DNA from: Camelus dromedarius
Lineage: Eukaryota
Direction: 5' to 3'
Length of the DNA stretch: 64,000 nucleotides
Assembly (NCBI RefSeq): GCF_036321535.1
Contig: NC_087436.1
Span: forward strand, 51,028,001-51,092,000
Under the pieces are notes generated by a model, which saw only the letters and a program-made list of their open reading frames with translations, made no database searches and was not told the origin of the DNA. Shown piece after piece: positions 62,367 through 64,000 of the stretch. Position 1 is the stretch's first letter. Every line of letters starts with the position of its first letter. The translations under genes were made by a program, and so were the position numbers.

Positions 62367-64000
62367 AGGAAAAGAATAATAACATTTCAGAGAATTTGAA
62401 CAATATAATTAATAATAGATTAACAGTGCATAATCTTTGGAAATGAGATGGCCTGTACATCTTTTAAAAATAGTATACTAGCTACAAAAAACTCCTCACT
62501 TTATTCCTCAAAAGGTAACTTCTAAGGAAGTCTCTAAAATGTGGCCATCCTAGACATTAATTTTTAAAAGATAAAGAGATACAAAGGCCCATTAAAAATT
62601 AAAAATCTTTTCCAACAGCTATGGGATAAAAAAAGAATCTGAAGTTAACAAAACACGAACATGTCGGTATTAAGGGGTTATTGCTTTAGAGACAGTTCTT
62701 CCACCTGACCCATACTTCCTTTCATTCCCCTTCACTGGGGCAACATTCAAACTTCTAGGCCAGTCTGCACTCCTGCCTCAGGAAAGGGGTGTGGCAGAGT
62801 AGAAAGGAATAATAATTTCTTACAGTTACGTAATATGCCTTTGAAAAGCTTAGAGTCTTTAGGGGAATACTGAGGTGTAGGAAAAATACTGGCACACTGG
62901 TGGTAAGATATTTTCTCCTACTCCACTCAGAGGATAGAAAAATATTTCTCAAGTTAGAGAGTTGAGGACAAGCGGAGGAGACATCGTCACTCGGTCCTGA
63001 ATAGGGCTCTTGTGTCTTGCCTTAAAAGCAGCTCTGGAAACGGCACCATTCTAGAAAAGGAAAGACAGACTCGGGAGTCCAGAATGACAGGGATTATAGA
63101 AAGTGAGCAGAGTGCCCTAGCCTCAGGGTGGTGTGACATCTCAGTGCCACCTTGTTTGGACTGATGATGGTTAAGCCCTGAGGACCAGACTGGATGATGG
63201 ACGTCTCAGCTGGTGCCCATGTGGATGGCTGACACTGAAGGGCAGGTGCCCTGCCTCTCACCTTGATGCTCCAGAAACAACCTGGCTCCAGGTGGAATGG
63301 GAACTTGAAATAGATATTAAGTTGATTGGCAGAAAAATAAATGAGCTTGTATTTCTGATACATTTGAGTTTATGACCAAAATGTCAACTCCTTACACTTC
63401 CTATTAACACTTGTGTGATGTGGTCAAAGGAGCTTGGGAAAGCAGAACTTCACTTCTTCAACTCCAGCCCCCCAACCCCAAGTTTAGTCTTTGTTCATGT
63501 AACTGGGACTCATAGCGCTAGTTTAATATTTATTTTTAGAAATATGCCAATTTCAATTTCCAGGGTTTTTTTTTTTTTTTGCTTTTGCATTCAATTTAGT
63601 AGCCATATTACAACATTATTTATAATATAATCTTGTTCCTTTGGCCTTTCTCTCTCCTCCTTTTTCTCAGGGCTCAGAACTTTGCTTTTTACAATGTAAA
63701 ATCTAACTGACTTACAAGGCTATTTATTGTCTTACCACAAAATTCTGTTGGGATGAAACTGTTGATATTACTCCAAGTCTCTCTTTTTGCTTTTTTTTTT
63801 TTTTGTTTTTTTGTAATACAGGAAAATTGTAACTTAAGGAAAACTTGGGGTGAATATCCTATATCTCAAAAGAGAAAGAGGAAAGCAAACTGATAATTTG
63901 AAAATGCTAGTTGCTCTTTTACAGAAATTACATCTTAAAAAATGTACAAATACATTCTGTCTTAAATATATATATTTCTGTATCCCACTTTTGGGCCCAC

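Larger units (their letters stand above)
58950..62650 (+). mobile_element. Highly decayed ancient L1ME/HAL1-like element interrupted by LTRs
   Basis: A-rich strand with ORF1-like phrases (aattgaatcagtgatgtgg, ccaagaattctccatc) and endonuclease-like remnants; boundaries are approximate. Confidence 0.55.

Overview
Mammalian genomic DNA, very probably camelid (alpaca/llama/camel), judged from four tRNA-derived SINEs of the camelid type and an artiodactyl-like protein sequence. The window holds the 5' part of NFKB1 (NF-kB p105/p50) on the minus strand: a CpG-island promoter and non-coding exon 1 (~38973-39466), then coding exons 2-5 (17632-17677, 13478-13553, 9636-9676, 5502-5600). All visible splice junctions are GT-AG. 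The exons splice to 85 codons, [85 protein letters not shown]; intron 5 runs off the left edge. The ~24 kb to the right of the promoter is upstream DNA dominated by old repeats (L1, L2, MIR, MaLR/ERVL LTRs, DNA transposons), with no recognisable gene. Almost all ORFs in the supplied track are spurious. I see no convincing new biological system. The most unusual items are: a 46-bp-arm intronic fold-back in which 6 of 7 mismatches are the same T.G type; a ~330-bp diverged duplication in intron 1; a strong-Kozak 4-codon uORF next to a 13-run G-tract in exon 1; an IRF/KLF/RUNX motif cluster in intron 5; an L1 with a ~45-bp target-site duplication; and an L1 with a possible 3' transduction. Repeat subfamily names and human comparisons are from recall of consensus sequences, not from searches.
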